Source: an uncultured Myxococcales bacterium (lineage in GTDB: Bacteria > Myxococcota_A > Polyangia > Fen-1088). Taken from it: 29,161 nucleotides of DNA. The stretch covers positions 1 to 29,161 of the forward strand of contig CAZIOH010000079.1 of NCBI GenBank assembly GCA_964540815.1, given 5' to 3'. The notes below the pieces were generated by a model that was not told the origin of the DNA, did not search any database, and worked only from the letters and a program-made list of their open reading frames with translations. Each line of letters opens with the position of its first letter. Positions within the stretch are counted from its first letter, which is position 1. The translations under genes were made by a program, and so were the position numbers. Shown piece by piece: positions 15,114 to 23,440 of the stretch.

Positions 15114-15823
15114 GCGTCCGTGGTCTCCGCGCGCGGGTCGAGCCGGACGTCCTTCAGGATGGCGTCCACCAGCTCCGACGCCGCCTCGTCGACGTCCACC
15201 GTCAGATCGTCCACCCGGGCGGTGAAGAAGTTGTAGAACCACACCGCCAGGATCGCCACGCCGAGGCCCACCGCGGTGGTGACCAGGGCCTCCGCGATGC
15301 CGGCGGAGACCGTGCCGATTCCACCGCCGCCCTTGGCCGGATCCGCCAGCTTCTGGAAGGCGGTGATGATTCCGCCGACGGTGCCGAAGAGCCCGACGAA
15401 CGGCGCCGACGAGGACACCGTGGCCAGGACCGGCAGACCCCGCTTGAGGTTGGCGAGCTCGCGATCCTTCGTCCGCTCCATCCCGCGCACCACCGCGTCC
15501 ACGACGTCGTAGTGACCGGTGCCGGCCCGGCGCACGTCCATGCCCTTGACCCACTCCGAGACGCCCGTCCCCACCACCCGGGCCACCGGGCTGCCGCGGA
15601 ACTTGTCCTCGACCCCCCGCGCCGACTCGAGCGCCCCGCTCTGTCCGATGAGCGGGCCGAGCGCCCGGAGGTAACCCGCCGAGGCGGACAGGGCGCGCCG
15701 GTACACGAGCACCCGGTCCACCGAGATGGCCAGGGAGTAGACCGACATGGCCACGAGGACGACCACCACCGCGCGGGCGACCAGGCCCATCTCTTGCCAC
15801 AGACCGAGAACGGTGAAATTCAT
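15110..15823 (-). CDS. exbB: MotA/TolQ/ExbB proton-channel protein.
   Basis: Start ATG 15823 (MNFTVLGLWQEMGLVARAVVVVLVAMSVYSLAISVDR) with RBS aggagc. Conserved TolQ/ExbB core ...LANLKRGLPVLATVSSSAPFVGLFGTVGGIITAFQKLA... Confidence 0.85.
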   Translation of the reverse strand: MNFTVLGLWQEMGLVARAVVVVLVAMSVYSLAISVDRVLVYRRALSASAGYLRALGPLIGQSGALESARGVEDKFRGSPVARVVGTGVSEWVKGMDVRRAGTGHYDVVDAVVRGMERTKDRELANLKRGLPVLATVSSSAPFVGLFGTVGGIITAFQKLADPAKGGGGIGTVSAGIAEALVTTAVGLGVAILAVWFYNFFTARVDDLTVDVDEAASELVDAILKDVRLDPRAETTDA

Positions 15824-15834
15824 GCTTGGCGCTC

Positions 15835-16653
15835 CTAGCTGGACCCGAAGTCGAAGTTGGCGAAGTAGCAGAATGGTACTGGCGTTCCGTTGGCCACCAG
15901 CGGCCGGAACCGCCAGGTCTTGACCGCCGAGGTCACGCTGGCATCGAGCATCGGCGGGCCGTGCTTGAGGATGAGCACGCCGTCGACCGAGCCGGCGGTC
16001 CCGACGCACACCTTGGCCCTCACGCCGTACTTCATCCCGGCAGTGGCCCGAAGCACCGCCGGAAAGTCGGGTTCCGGACCCGAGAGCTTCTGCGCGGCGC
16101 CCATCTGCGGCGGCAGGAAGCGGGCGCCGACCGGGGCCGCGCTCGGCGGTCCCGCCCCGGTCCCACCCACGGTGCCTCCAGGCGTGCCGCCCGGGATCCC
16201 CCCGCTCACGCCACCGACCACCCCTGCCTTGGATCCGCCCGCCACCCCTGGGCCTGCAGGTCCAGGTTGCTCCGCCACCGGCGATTCGGCTGGCACCGGG
16301 TGCGGGGGGGGCGGAGCTGGCGGAGGCTCGACGGTGGGCGCAACGAGCTTCGGCGGCTCGGGCGTGCTCGGACGAGGCACCGGGTTGACCTTGGGCGGGC
16401 TCGGCGGTCTGCGCCTCGCCGCGGGTGAGCCAGCCCCTCCCCCGAGCGGCGCCGGCGGGGGCGGCGGCGGGGGCGGAGCCGCCGTCACGAAGGTCACCGT
16501 CACGGTCGGCGGGGAGAGCTCCTCGATGTGCCAGTACGAGTAGGCGACCGCCGCGACCACCGCCACGCCGTGCACCACGATGGACATCGCGGTGATCAGC
16601 CGTCGCGAGCGCGCGCGCGGCGCCGCCGGCGAGGGCCCGCCCCCAGAGGCCAT
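15835..16653 (-). CDS. tonB: TonB energy-transducer protein.
   Basis: TM anchor LITAMSIVVHGVAVVAAVAY, a long Pro-rich spacer (PPPPPPPPAPL...PKVNPVPRPSTPEPPKLVAPTVEPPPAPPPP), and the TonB C-terminal domain (PDFPAVLRATAGMKYGVRAKVCVGTAGSVDGVLILKHGPPMLDASVTSAVKTWRFRP). Start at ATG 16653 (MASGGG). A GTG 27 nt upstream with RBS aaggggg is an alternative. Confidence 0.75.
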   Translation of the reverse strand: MASGGGPSPAAPRARSRRLITAMSIVVHGVAVVAAVAYSYWHIEELSPPTVTVTFVTAAPPPPPPPPAPLGGGAGSPAARRRPPSPPKVNPVPRPSTPEPPKLVAPTVEPPPAPPPPHPVPAESPVAEQPGPAGPGVAGGSKAGVVGGVSGGIPGGTPGGTVGGTGAGPPSAAPVGARFLPPQMGAAQKLSGPEPDFPAVLRATAGMKYGVRAKVCVGTAGSVDGVLILKHGPPMLDASVTSAVKTWRFRPLVANGTPVPFCYFANFDFGSS

Positions 16654-16748
16654 CGAGCGCGCGAGCGCCTCGAAGGCCACTAGATCACCCCCTTCGCAAG
16701 GGCGTCGGCGCAGGAGGAGGGGAGGGGAGCTGGATGGCGGTTCACGGG

Positions 16749-17714
16749 TCAGGGCTCCGCCGCGCGCGCGGTGTATTCCTGGGCGTGCGCCACCGCGGCT
16801 TGCCATGCGCTCGCCTGGCTGCGGTCGAGGTACGCCAGGGACAGCTGACGGTAGAGGAGCCCGATGTAGGTCGCGGCGGCGGCATCGTGTGGCCGCAGCG
16901 CGAGCGCGCGCTGCAGGTAGTCGATGCCCACCTCGGCCAGCGCTACCCGCTCGTCCCCCACGATGTCGCCCGGCGCGGGTGCAGGCGGGGAGGCGGCGGG
17001 AGTCGCCTCGGCCGCTCGAACGTCGACGGATTCGTCGCGCCTCGGGCTCGACGTGTCCGATCCACCCGCCGGCGCTGGAGCCTGGCGTCCGGGTCGGGGA
17101 TCGTACGCGATCGCGGCTGGTCCCCCTCCGTGCGCCTGCAGGACCTGCCAGGCGAACGTACCGACGGCGTATTGCGACTCGGCGTCCGTCGGGCGCAGCA
17201 GGGCGGCCTTGCGATAGAAGGCCAGGGCATCGCGCCAGCGCCCCATCCGGGCGTAGACCTGCTCGAGGCCGAGGATCACGTCCAGATCGCGCGGGTTCCG
17301 CTCGTGACGGAGGCTGAAGGTCCGCTCGATGGTCCGGTACTCGCCCACGTCGAAGAGGGTCTGCACGTAGAGCGTGTCGCCGCGGGGATCGCCCGGGGCG
17401 AGCGCGCGCAGGCGCTTGAAGGACTCGAGCGCGCACTGGGCCGCCTGCCGGTTGGCGGCCCCATCCGCGCCCGGCAAGATCAGCTCCCGGCAGGCGTAGC
17501 CGCGGTTCAACCACAGCAGCGGCAGCTCCGGCAGATCGACCGCGGCCTCGTCGAAGCGGGCCACCGCGGCGACGAAGTCCCCCCGCTTGTAGGCGGCGTT
17601 TCCCTCCTGGATCTTCTTGCGACCGCGCAGCTCCCCGCACCCGAGCGGTGGCCCGCTCGAGGCGCCGATCATCATCAGCCAGGCGAGCGCCGAGGGAGTG
17701 GACCAGCGACGCAC
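16749..17714 (-). CDS. Tetratricopeptide-repeat protein with an N-terminal signal peptide (possible lipoprotein), heading the tonB-exbB-exbD genes.
   Basis: MRRWSTPSALAWLMMIGASSGPPLGCGEL signal. TPR-like helices (GNAAYKRGDFVAAVARFDEAA..., LEQVYARMGRWRDALAFYRKAALLRPTDAESQYAVG). GTG start sits 1 nt after the folK-PilZ stop. Confidence 0.65.
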   Translation of the reverse strand: MRRWSTPSALAWLMMIGASSGPPLGCGELRGRKKIQEGNAAYKRGDFVAAVARFDEAAVDLPELPLLWLNRGYACRELILPGADGAANRQAAQCALESFKRLRALAPGDPRGDTLYVQTLFDVGEYRTIERTFSLRHERNPRDLDVILGLEQVYARMGRWRDALAFYRKAALLRPTDAESQYAVGTFAWQVLQAHGGGPAAIAYDPRPGRQAPAPAGGSDTSSPRRDESVDVRAAEATPAASPPAPAPGDIVGDERVALAEVGIDYLQRALALRPHDAAAATYIGLLYRQLSLAYLDRSQASAWQAAVAHAQEYTARAAEP

Positions 17715-17715
17715 C

Positions 17716-18744
17716 TCAGGTCGTCGAATCAGCCGCCACCCGCGCCAGGAAGGCGTCGATCTGGGCCTGGGAGTCCGCGAGCAGGTTCACGAACTTCACG
17801 CCCATGCGCAGCGCCTCGGCGCCGCCGTTCGAGACGATCTCGCCGGTGACGGCGACCGGCCGGCTGTCCCCGGGCAACGTGAAGGTCAGGTTCACCAGCG
17901 TCCCGCGGGGCAAGGGGATCGTATGATCGAGGCGCATCCCCCCACGCGACAGATCCCCGGCGCGGCGGAAGTAGCGTTCGTTCTCGGTGGTCTCCTCGAC
18001 CCACATCTCGAGCGGAATCCGATGGGCTCGTCGACGTTCGACCCACAACGCTGGACCCTCATCTGAGTGACCTTCCGACATGGATCCTCCCGTGACCCAG
18101 TCATGGTATTCCGGATTCGCTGGTGAGGGCAAGTTCGACCGGGCGCCCGCGCCTCGCGGCGGCCAGACTTGCGGCGATGGTTTCACCATGCCCGGTGCCG
18201 GCGCGGCCAGATCGAGGGCCTCGCCGGTCCGCGGGTGCACGAGCCCGGGCGTCGCGACCTCGGCGAGCGGGATGCGCACGAACGGGCGATCGAGGAGCTC
18301 GGGGTGCGGCACCCGCAGCGATGGGGTCTCGATGACGGCGGCGCCGTAGAGCAAAATGTCGATATCGATGTGGCGCGCAGCCCTCGCCACCCCGGCCGGG
18401 CGGATCCGCCCGAGCGCGGCCTCGATGGCCAGGCACGCGGCCAGCAGCTCGAAGGGGCCGAGGGTGGTCCGCCCCCGCACCACGGCGTTCAAGTAGGGCG
18501 GCTGCGGGTGATCGGCGATGGCCACGGTCTCGAAGAGGCGTGACCGGTGCACCTCGCGGAGAGGCACGAGCGCCTCGAGCGCCGCCACCGCCGCCGCGAG
18601 GGTCTCTGCGCGGGGCCCGAGGTTGGCGCCGAGCCCGATGTAGCACACCACCCCGCCCGGCTCGCGCTCGGAGCCTGGCCCGCTGCCAGGGGAGGCGGAC
18701 GGCGACGTGGCGGTGATGGCGGCTGTGTCGGACGGGGAGGGCAA
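17716..18744 (-). CDS. folK: Two-domain protein: N-terminal HPPK (6-hydroxymethyl-7,8-dihydropterin pyrophosphokinase, FolK), C-terminal PilZ (c-di-GMP-binding) domain.
   Basis: HPPK: VVCYIGLGANLG...SRLFETVAIADHPQPPYLNAVVRGRTTLGPFELLAACLAIEAALGRIR...HIDIDILLYG...LRVPHPELLDRPFVRIPLAEV...LVHP. PilZ: RRRAHRIPLE (RxxxR) ... DLSRGGMRL (DxSxGG) ... VAVTGEIVSNGG...MGVKFVN. Both are in one uninterrupted frame. An internal RBS gggagga plus ATG (MSEGHSD at 18081) could also allow separate PilZ expression. Confidence 0.65.
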   Translation of the reverse strand: MPSPSDTAAITATSPSASPGSGPGSEREPGGVVCYIGLGANLGPRAETLAAAVAALEALVPLREVHRSRLFETVAIADHPQPPYLNAVVRGRTTLGPFELLAACLAIEAALGRIRPAGVARAARHIDIDILLYGAAVIETPSLRVPHPELLDRPFVRIPLAEVATPGLVHPRTGEALDLAAPAPGMVKPSPQVWPPRGAGARSNLPSPANPEYHDWVTGGSMSEGHSDEGPALWVERRRAHRIPLEMWVEETTENERYFRRAGDLSRGGMRLDHTIPLPRGTLVNLTFTLPGDSRPVAVTGEIVSNGGAEALRMGVKFVNLLADSQAQIDAFLARVAADSTT

Positions 18745-18818
18745 GGGATGAGGACCGGGATGTTCCGTCGCCAGGCCGGAGGCGAGGCGCGGTCGAAGTA
18801 GTGTAAAACCCTGCGCCC

Positions 18819-19631
18819 ATGCGCGCCGCTCTGATCGCCGCGACCGCCACGGGTCTCGCCACCGGACTCGGCGCCGCGCCGTTCCTGTTCGTGCGCGAGC
18901 TGCCCCGCCGGGTGTACGACGGGGTCCTCGGGCTCGGGGCCGGGCTGATGCTGGCGGCCGCCACCCTCGGGCTCCTCGGTGAGGCGCTGGCAGGCGTTCG
19001 CGGTCCGGGCGGCCTCGTCGCCGGGCGCCTGGGGGCGGTCACCCTCGGCTTCGCGATCGGAGCCGGCCTCGCCGCCCTGATGGATCGTCTGATTCCCCAC
19101 CGCCACGCGAGCGGCCACCATCAGCACATCGGGCACCACCCGGGCCACGATCACCACGACCGCGTCGACGACGGAGCCGGCCCGGATGCGTGGCGCGGAT
19201 ACGCCATCGTGGGCGCTCTGGCCATCCACCGGATCCCCGAGGGGCTGGCGATCGGGGCCGGGTTCGCCGCGGTCGAGCACGCACGCCTCGGCCTGCTGCT
19301 GGCGATCGCGGTGGGCCTGCAGAACGCCTGCGAGGGAATCGTCATGGCCGCGCCCCTCCGGCATGGCGGGGTGACCATCGGCCGCAGCACGGCGATCGTC
19401 ACCCTGGCGGGGCTCGTCACCCCCCTCGCCACCCTCATCGGTGGATTGCTGACCGCCGAGACCTCGGCGTTGATGCCCTTCATCCTGGCCCTGGCGGCCG
19501 GCACGCTCATCTACGTGACCTCGAACGAGATCATCCCCGAGTCCCACAGCCATGGTTTCGAGGGCACGGCCTCCATGGGGCTCGTGACCGGCTTCTTGAT
19601 GACCATGGTGCTGAAGTCCATCCTGCCCTAG
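18819..19631 (+). CDS. zupT: ZIP-family divalent metal (zinc) transporter, ZupT-like, with a His-rich cytoplasmic loop.
   Basis: ZIP signature helices HRIPEGLAIGAGF and GLQNACEGIVMAAPL...SNEIIPESH. His-rich loop HRHASGHHQHIGHHPGHDHHD. Divergent from folK-PilZ. Confidence 0.85.
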   Translation: MRAALIAATATGLATGLGAAPFLFVRELPRRVYDGVLGLGAGLMLAAATLGLLGEALAGVRGPGGLVAGRLGAVTLGFAIGAGLAALMDRLIPHRHASGHHQHIGHHPGHDHHDRVDDGAGPDAWRGYAIVGALAIHRIPEGLAIGAGFAAVEHARLGLLLAIAVGLQNACEGIVMAAPLRHGGVTIGRSTAIVTLAGLVTPLATLIGGLLTAETSALMPFILALAAGTLIYVTSNEIIPESHSHGFEGTASMGLVTGFLMTMVLKSILP

Positions 19632-19668
19632 TCCCCTGTCCGGTGCTGGCTCGGCCTCGGGACGAGCT

Positions 19669-21132
19669 TCAGGGCGGCGCCGAGGCGACGGGCCCCCCGA
19701 AGGTGGTCCCGGCGGTGGCCCCGATGGCGGGTTGGGTCGGCGAGGCGACGTACTGCTCGGCTCCGGCACACTGCTCGGCCGTGCTCGGCCCGCAGGTGGT
19801 GGCGCTGCTCTGGCCCGGATCCATCCCGCAGTGGAGGGAGATGCATTCCAGATCCGACTGGCAGATGCTGCCGGCGCGGGACGAGCCTGGAAAGACGCAC
19901 TTGCCAGTGACAGGGCCAGTTCCAGTGCCGATGCCACCAATTCCAGTGCCAGGGTCGCTGGCGCTCCCGTAGCAGATCGCGGGGGGCGCGCAGCGCTGGT
20001 CGAGGGAGCAGGGCGCACCCACGGAAGGCGGGGCGCCACAGCGGCCGACTCCGGCGGTGGCGGTCGGGTCGTCGCTGACGCAGGCCAGGGCGGGGGCGCA
20101 CGGAGCGAGGCCTCCCCCCTGCATGACACAAGGGGCTCCCATCTGGCCGGGCGCCTGGCAGACGCCAGCACCGTTCACGCCCGCGCCCACGCACGCGACC
20201 GTCGGGTCGAGGGACAGGTCGCAGATCGGACCGGTCGGGGACTCTTCCAGGCACGGCTCCCCGAGCTGGGGCAAGCGGTGACATCGACCGCCCCCGCACT
20301 GCAGATCGCGGGGGCTGTCCGCGCAGGCAATGGCGAAGATGGCACCCATGTTCGAGTCCTGCGAGGTCGAGCACACCTCGCCTTCCTCGGCTGGCCTGGC
20401 GCACACCGAATCGCCGCGGCGACAGTAGAGCTCGGGTGCGCAGTCCGTCGAGGCCGAACAGGGGGTGCCCGGCTGGCCGTCGGGCTGACAGTGGCCGCGC
20501 GCGCCCGGCACGATGTCACCGAGCGCCAAGGGGGCGCGCAGGGCGCTGGCGCTGATGCTCCAGGCGGCGTCTCCTCCCGTGGTGCAGCTTTGGCCGGGGG
20601 CGCACTCGCTGGGCAGAAAGCACTCCGATCCAGCCGGGAGCTGGCCGATGAACGGACTCGGGCACAGCGCATACCGATCCCAGAGCAGGAGCGGTATCAC
20701 CAGCAACACGCCCGGCCGGAGATCGAGCGGACGATTGCAGGCCCCCTTCGTGAACTGCGCGATGCAAGAGGCCGCAACCGCCGCATCGAACGAGAGGTGG
20801 TTGGTCTCGAGCCCGATGCGCGCCTCCGTCAGCCTCTCGGAGATGGCCCGGGTCACGACCGGTCGACAGGCCGATTCCGTGAGGTATCCGCCCGTCCCGG
20901 CGGTCTCGATCTCGGGCACCGCGCAACAACGAAACTGCCACCCACACATGGCCGCGCCGAGCTCGGCGACGAAGCTGTCCATGAGCGGGGTTTGCGCCTC
21001 TCCCGTCGCTGGGCTCGGGGTCGAACAACCGCCGCCGCCCTGGGCGGCGCAGGCGAAGACGATCAGCCGGGCGACGGAAAGCCGTCTTGTCCCCCCGGCC
21101 CTGCCCAAGGCGGTGGCGCGAGCTCGACTCAC
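19669..21132 (-). CDS. Cysteine-rich secreted lipoprotein (Myxococcales-type Cys-rich repeat protein).
   Basis: GTG start overlapping the upstream stop (GTGA). Signal MSRARATALGRAGGTRRLSVARLIVFAC. Dozens of Cys (about 40-50, counted by eye) in recurring GxPC/C..G..C spacing (GEPCLEESPTGPICDLSLDPTVACVGAGVNGAGVCQAPGQMGAPCVMQGGGLAPCAPALACV...). Confidence 0.6.
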   Translation of the reverse strand: MSRARATALGRAGGTRRLSVARLIVFACAAQGGGGCSTPSPATGEAQTPLMDSFVAELGAAMCGWQFRCCAVPEIETAGTGGYLTESACRPVVTRAISERLTEARIGLETNHLSFDAAVAASCIAQFTKGACNRPLDLRPGVLLVIPLLLWDRYALCPSPFIGQLPAGSECFLPSECAPGQSCTTGGDAAWSISASALRAPLALGDIVPGARGHCQPDGQPGTPCSASTDCAPELYCRRGDSVCARPAEEGEVCSTSQDSNMGAIFAIACADSPRDLQCGGGRCHRLPQLGEPCLEESPTGPICDLSLDPTVACVGAGVNGAGVCQAPGQMGAPCVMQGGGLAPCAPALACVSDDPTATAGVGRCGAPPSVGAPCSLDQRCAPPAICYGSASDPGTGIGGIGTGTGPVTGKCVFPGSSRAGSICQSDLECISLHCGMDPGQSSATTCGPSTAEQCAGAEQYVASPTQPAIGATAGTTFGGPVASAPP

Positions 21133-23255
21133 AGGGTCTGCAGGTAGCTCACGAGATCCTTCAGATCGGACGGTGTCAGACCCGACGTGGCCCCGTGCTT
21201 GTCGCCGCCGCCGCAGGCCGGATCGAACCGGTCGAGGAGGGTCGTCGCGCACCCCGTATGCATGTAGGGAGGGTGATTCGCCAGGCCCACCAGCGAAGGC
21301 ACCTGCAATGCCCCGCCCGTGCCGACGTCGACCGTCCGATTGTTGGTGAGGTGGGTTCCGGCGTGGCAAGTCGCGCAGGAGGTCCCGTCGGTGGCGCGAT
21401 TGAAGAGCGCCCGCCCGCGCTCGGCGGCGGCCGCGGCGGCCGGCGCGGCGCGCTGGATGCGGGGCTGGCGATCGATCCACGAGAGGATCGCATCGGCCTG
21501 ATCCGACAAGAGCGGCGGACCCGACATGCGTCCCGTGAACACGTCGCTCGCGAGCTGGGTGAAATCGCGCTCGTCCCCGTCCCAGTGAAATGGCTCGGTC
21601 CCGCGAATACCGGTCTGCAGGGACTGGGTGCGCCGGCGTCCGGTGCAGGTGAAATTCCAGGCCCGCCCGTCGTCGCTCCCCTCGGGGTGACATGAGGCGC
21701 ACGCCAGGCCGGCGCCGGAGTTGACGTGAAACAAGGTGTGGCCGGTGTCGCTCCGGCTGTCCGCGGTGAGCGTGATGCTGGCGCCGCCGATGGAAAGGAA
21801 GGCCGGCTGCCGGGACTGGGTCACCACGTCGCCCGTTCCCAGGAAGGCCACCGCGATCACCTGGCCAGCCGCGCTTTGAATCGACGCGCAGGCCAGCGAT
21901 CCGGGCGTGCTGCCCCAGCACCCCGTCGACCCCGCCAGGGACATGCACGAGGCGAGCTTGGTCTGCGTGACGGCATCCACCTCACCCACGTGCGCGGGGG
22001 CCATCCGGGCGATCTGGGTGTTCCCGTCGTTCCCGGCCGAGACCATCGCGATGAGCCGTCCGTCGGCCGAGATGGCCATGTCGACGGGGAGCGGGACATC
22101 GGCCAGCGCCGGTCCCGACGCGATGGTCCCGTCCGGCATCATGCGGCTGACCGCGCTGTGCACGATCCCGTTGCAGGTCTCGGTCCGATCGGAGATCCCA
22201 CCGTAGCTGCCCTGGACGACGTGCCCGGGGAAGCCGCGCTGGATCTCATCGTCCACGCCGCGCTGGTGCATCATGGCGGCGCCTCCTCCCGGCATCCCCA
22301 CCATCCGCCAGGCCACCGACGGCGTGAAGAGTTGACCCCCGCGCGACTGCGCCGACCGGAAGGTCCCGGGACCGGTCCGGGCGGTCACCGTACCCGTGGC
22401 GTCGACCGTGAGGATCTCGGCGGAACGAAAGCGGCTCACCAGCAGGTGGTCCCGATCGATCACCACGTCCCGCAGATCGTCGTCGAGCTGGACCCGGCGG
22501 ACGGCGTCGCCGCTGGCGGCCGGAAGACTGACCAGCTCGCCACCCGCGCAGGCGACGTGAATCAGATCGGTCCTGGCGTCGTAGGCGAGGCCGCGCGGCG
22601 CCGCGCACACCATCCGACGCTGAAGGACCACGCCGCTGGCTGGATCGAGGGTCACCATCGCCCCCCCACCGCGCAGCACGACGTCGACGCGCCCCGCCCC
22701 ATCCGCGATCACCCGCCCGGGCTGGTCACCGGGTTGCAAGACGACGGTGCTGGTCACCCGAGCCGCGACCAGGTCGACGAGGTAGATCTGGTCGCGATCC
22801 GGATCGGCCGCCACGACCGTGACGTCCCCCGGAAGCACCAGGAGCGTGCCGCCGCTGATGGCCGGGGGCGCGGTCGGCAGGACGGTGGTCGGCCCGATGT
22901 TGAGCGGCGCCACCTTGGAGGGCACGCCGAGGGGCGCCGGCCCACCGCCCCCAGCCTGGCCAAAGACGGGGAGGACTTCGCCTTCCTCGAAGCACGAGAC
23001 GCCCTTGGGCGCGGCGGTGTCGGCCGAGGCAGCTCCCGTTGCGGTGCCCGCACTCGCCGATCCGGCGGCGGTGCCGGAAGCGGTTCCCGCGGACTGCCCG
23101 TTCGCGCTGCCCGTCGTGCCGGCTGGCGCGGGTGGCCCACCAGCGCTGCCGCTCGAGCCGCCCGGGCCCGGCTGGCACGCGACGAGCAACGTCGCGGCAG
23201 CGAAGCACAGAATTCCCCGGGGCACCGCCATCCCGAAAGCTGCCTGTCGCGTCAT
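21129..23255 (-). CDS. Di-heme cytochrome c peroxidase / MauG-family protein with an N-terminal beta-propeller-like domain. Lipoprotein.
   Basis: Signal plus lipobox MTRQAAFGMAVPRGILCFAAATLLVAC. Two CxxCH heme motifs (LACASCHPEG...; SCATCHAG). CCP/MauG hallmark ...LANHPPYMHTGCATTLLDRF. The N-terminal ~450 aa has a beta-strand-rich repeat pattern (GRVDVVLRGGGAMVTLD..., ISADGRLIAMVSAGNDG). Confidence 0.75.
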   Translation of the reverse strand: MTRQAAFGMAVPRGILCFAAATLLVACQPGPGGSSGSAGGPPAPAGTTGSANGQSAGTASGTAAGSASAGTATGAASADTAAPKGVSCFEEGEVLPVFGQAGGGGPAPLGVPSKVAPLNIGPTTVLPTAPPAISGGTLLVLPGDVTVVAADPDRDQIYLVDLVAARVTSTVVLQPGDQPGRVIADGAGRVDVVLRGGGAMVTLDPASGVVLQRRMVCAAPRGLAYDARTDLIHVACAGGELVSLPAASGDAVRRVQLDDDLRDVVIDRDHLLVSRFRSAEILTVDATGTVTARTGPGTFRSAQSRGGQLFTPSVAWRMVGMPGGGAAMMHQRGVDDEIQRGFPGHVVQGSYGGISDRTETCNGIVHSAVSRMMPDGTIASGPALADVPLPVDMAISADGRLIAMVSAGNDGNTQIARMAPAHVGEVDAVTQTKLASCMSLAGSTGCWGSTPGSLACASIQSAAGQVIAVAFLGTGDVVTQSRQPAFLSIGGASITLTADSRSDTGHTLFHVNSGAGLACASCHPEGSDDGRAWNFTCTGRRRTQSLQTGIRGTEPFHWDGDERDFTQLASDVFTGRMSGPPLLSDQADAILSWIDRQPRIQRAAPAAAAAAERGRALFNRATDGTSCATCHAGTHLTNNRTVDVGTGGALQVPSLVGLANHPPYMHTGCATTLLDRFDPACGGGDKHGATSGLTPSDLKDLVSYLQTL

Positions 23256-23368
23256 CGCAACCTCCCATCCCATTTCGTCGGGTCAACGGCCGAGGGTTGA
23301 TGGTATCGCGATTTCCCGACCAGGTCTGCATTCACGTCGCCGGCGTCAGGGACGGCCGATGACGGCCA

Positions 23369-23415
23369 AGATCCGTTAAAGATCCGTTCAACGCTGGTAC
23401 GTTGTGTGGACAACG
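23369..23415. promoter_or_regulatory. Operator-like cluster 26-72 nt upstream of the methyltransferase ATG: direct repeat AGATCCGTT x2 (11-bp phasing) followed by a perfect inverted repeat CGTTGT-gtgg-ACAACG.
   Basis: ccaAGATCCGTTaaAGATCCGTTcaacgctggtaCGTTGTgtggACAACGagaagacacccaaaggggaaattcgATG, read directly. Confidence 0.3.
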
Positions 23416-23440
23416 AGAAGACACCCAAAGGGGAAATTCG

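Noticed and set aside
15835-17640. 601-aa ORF as a single TonB gene.
   Set aside because: Only the C-terminal 272 aa (TM + Pro-rich + TonB-CTD) are TonB-like. The upstream part is antisense-type low complexity overlapping the TPR gene (16749..17714).
18745-18818. Zur box between divergent folK-PilZ and zupT.
   Set aside because: Only a vague AT-containing stretch (gtagtgtaaaaccc). No recognisable palindromic Zur/Fur consensus.
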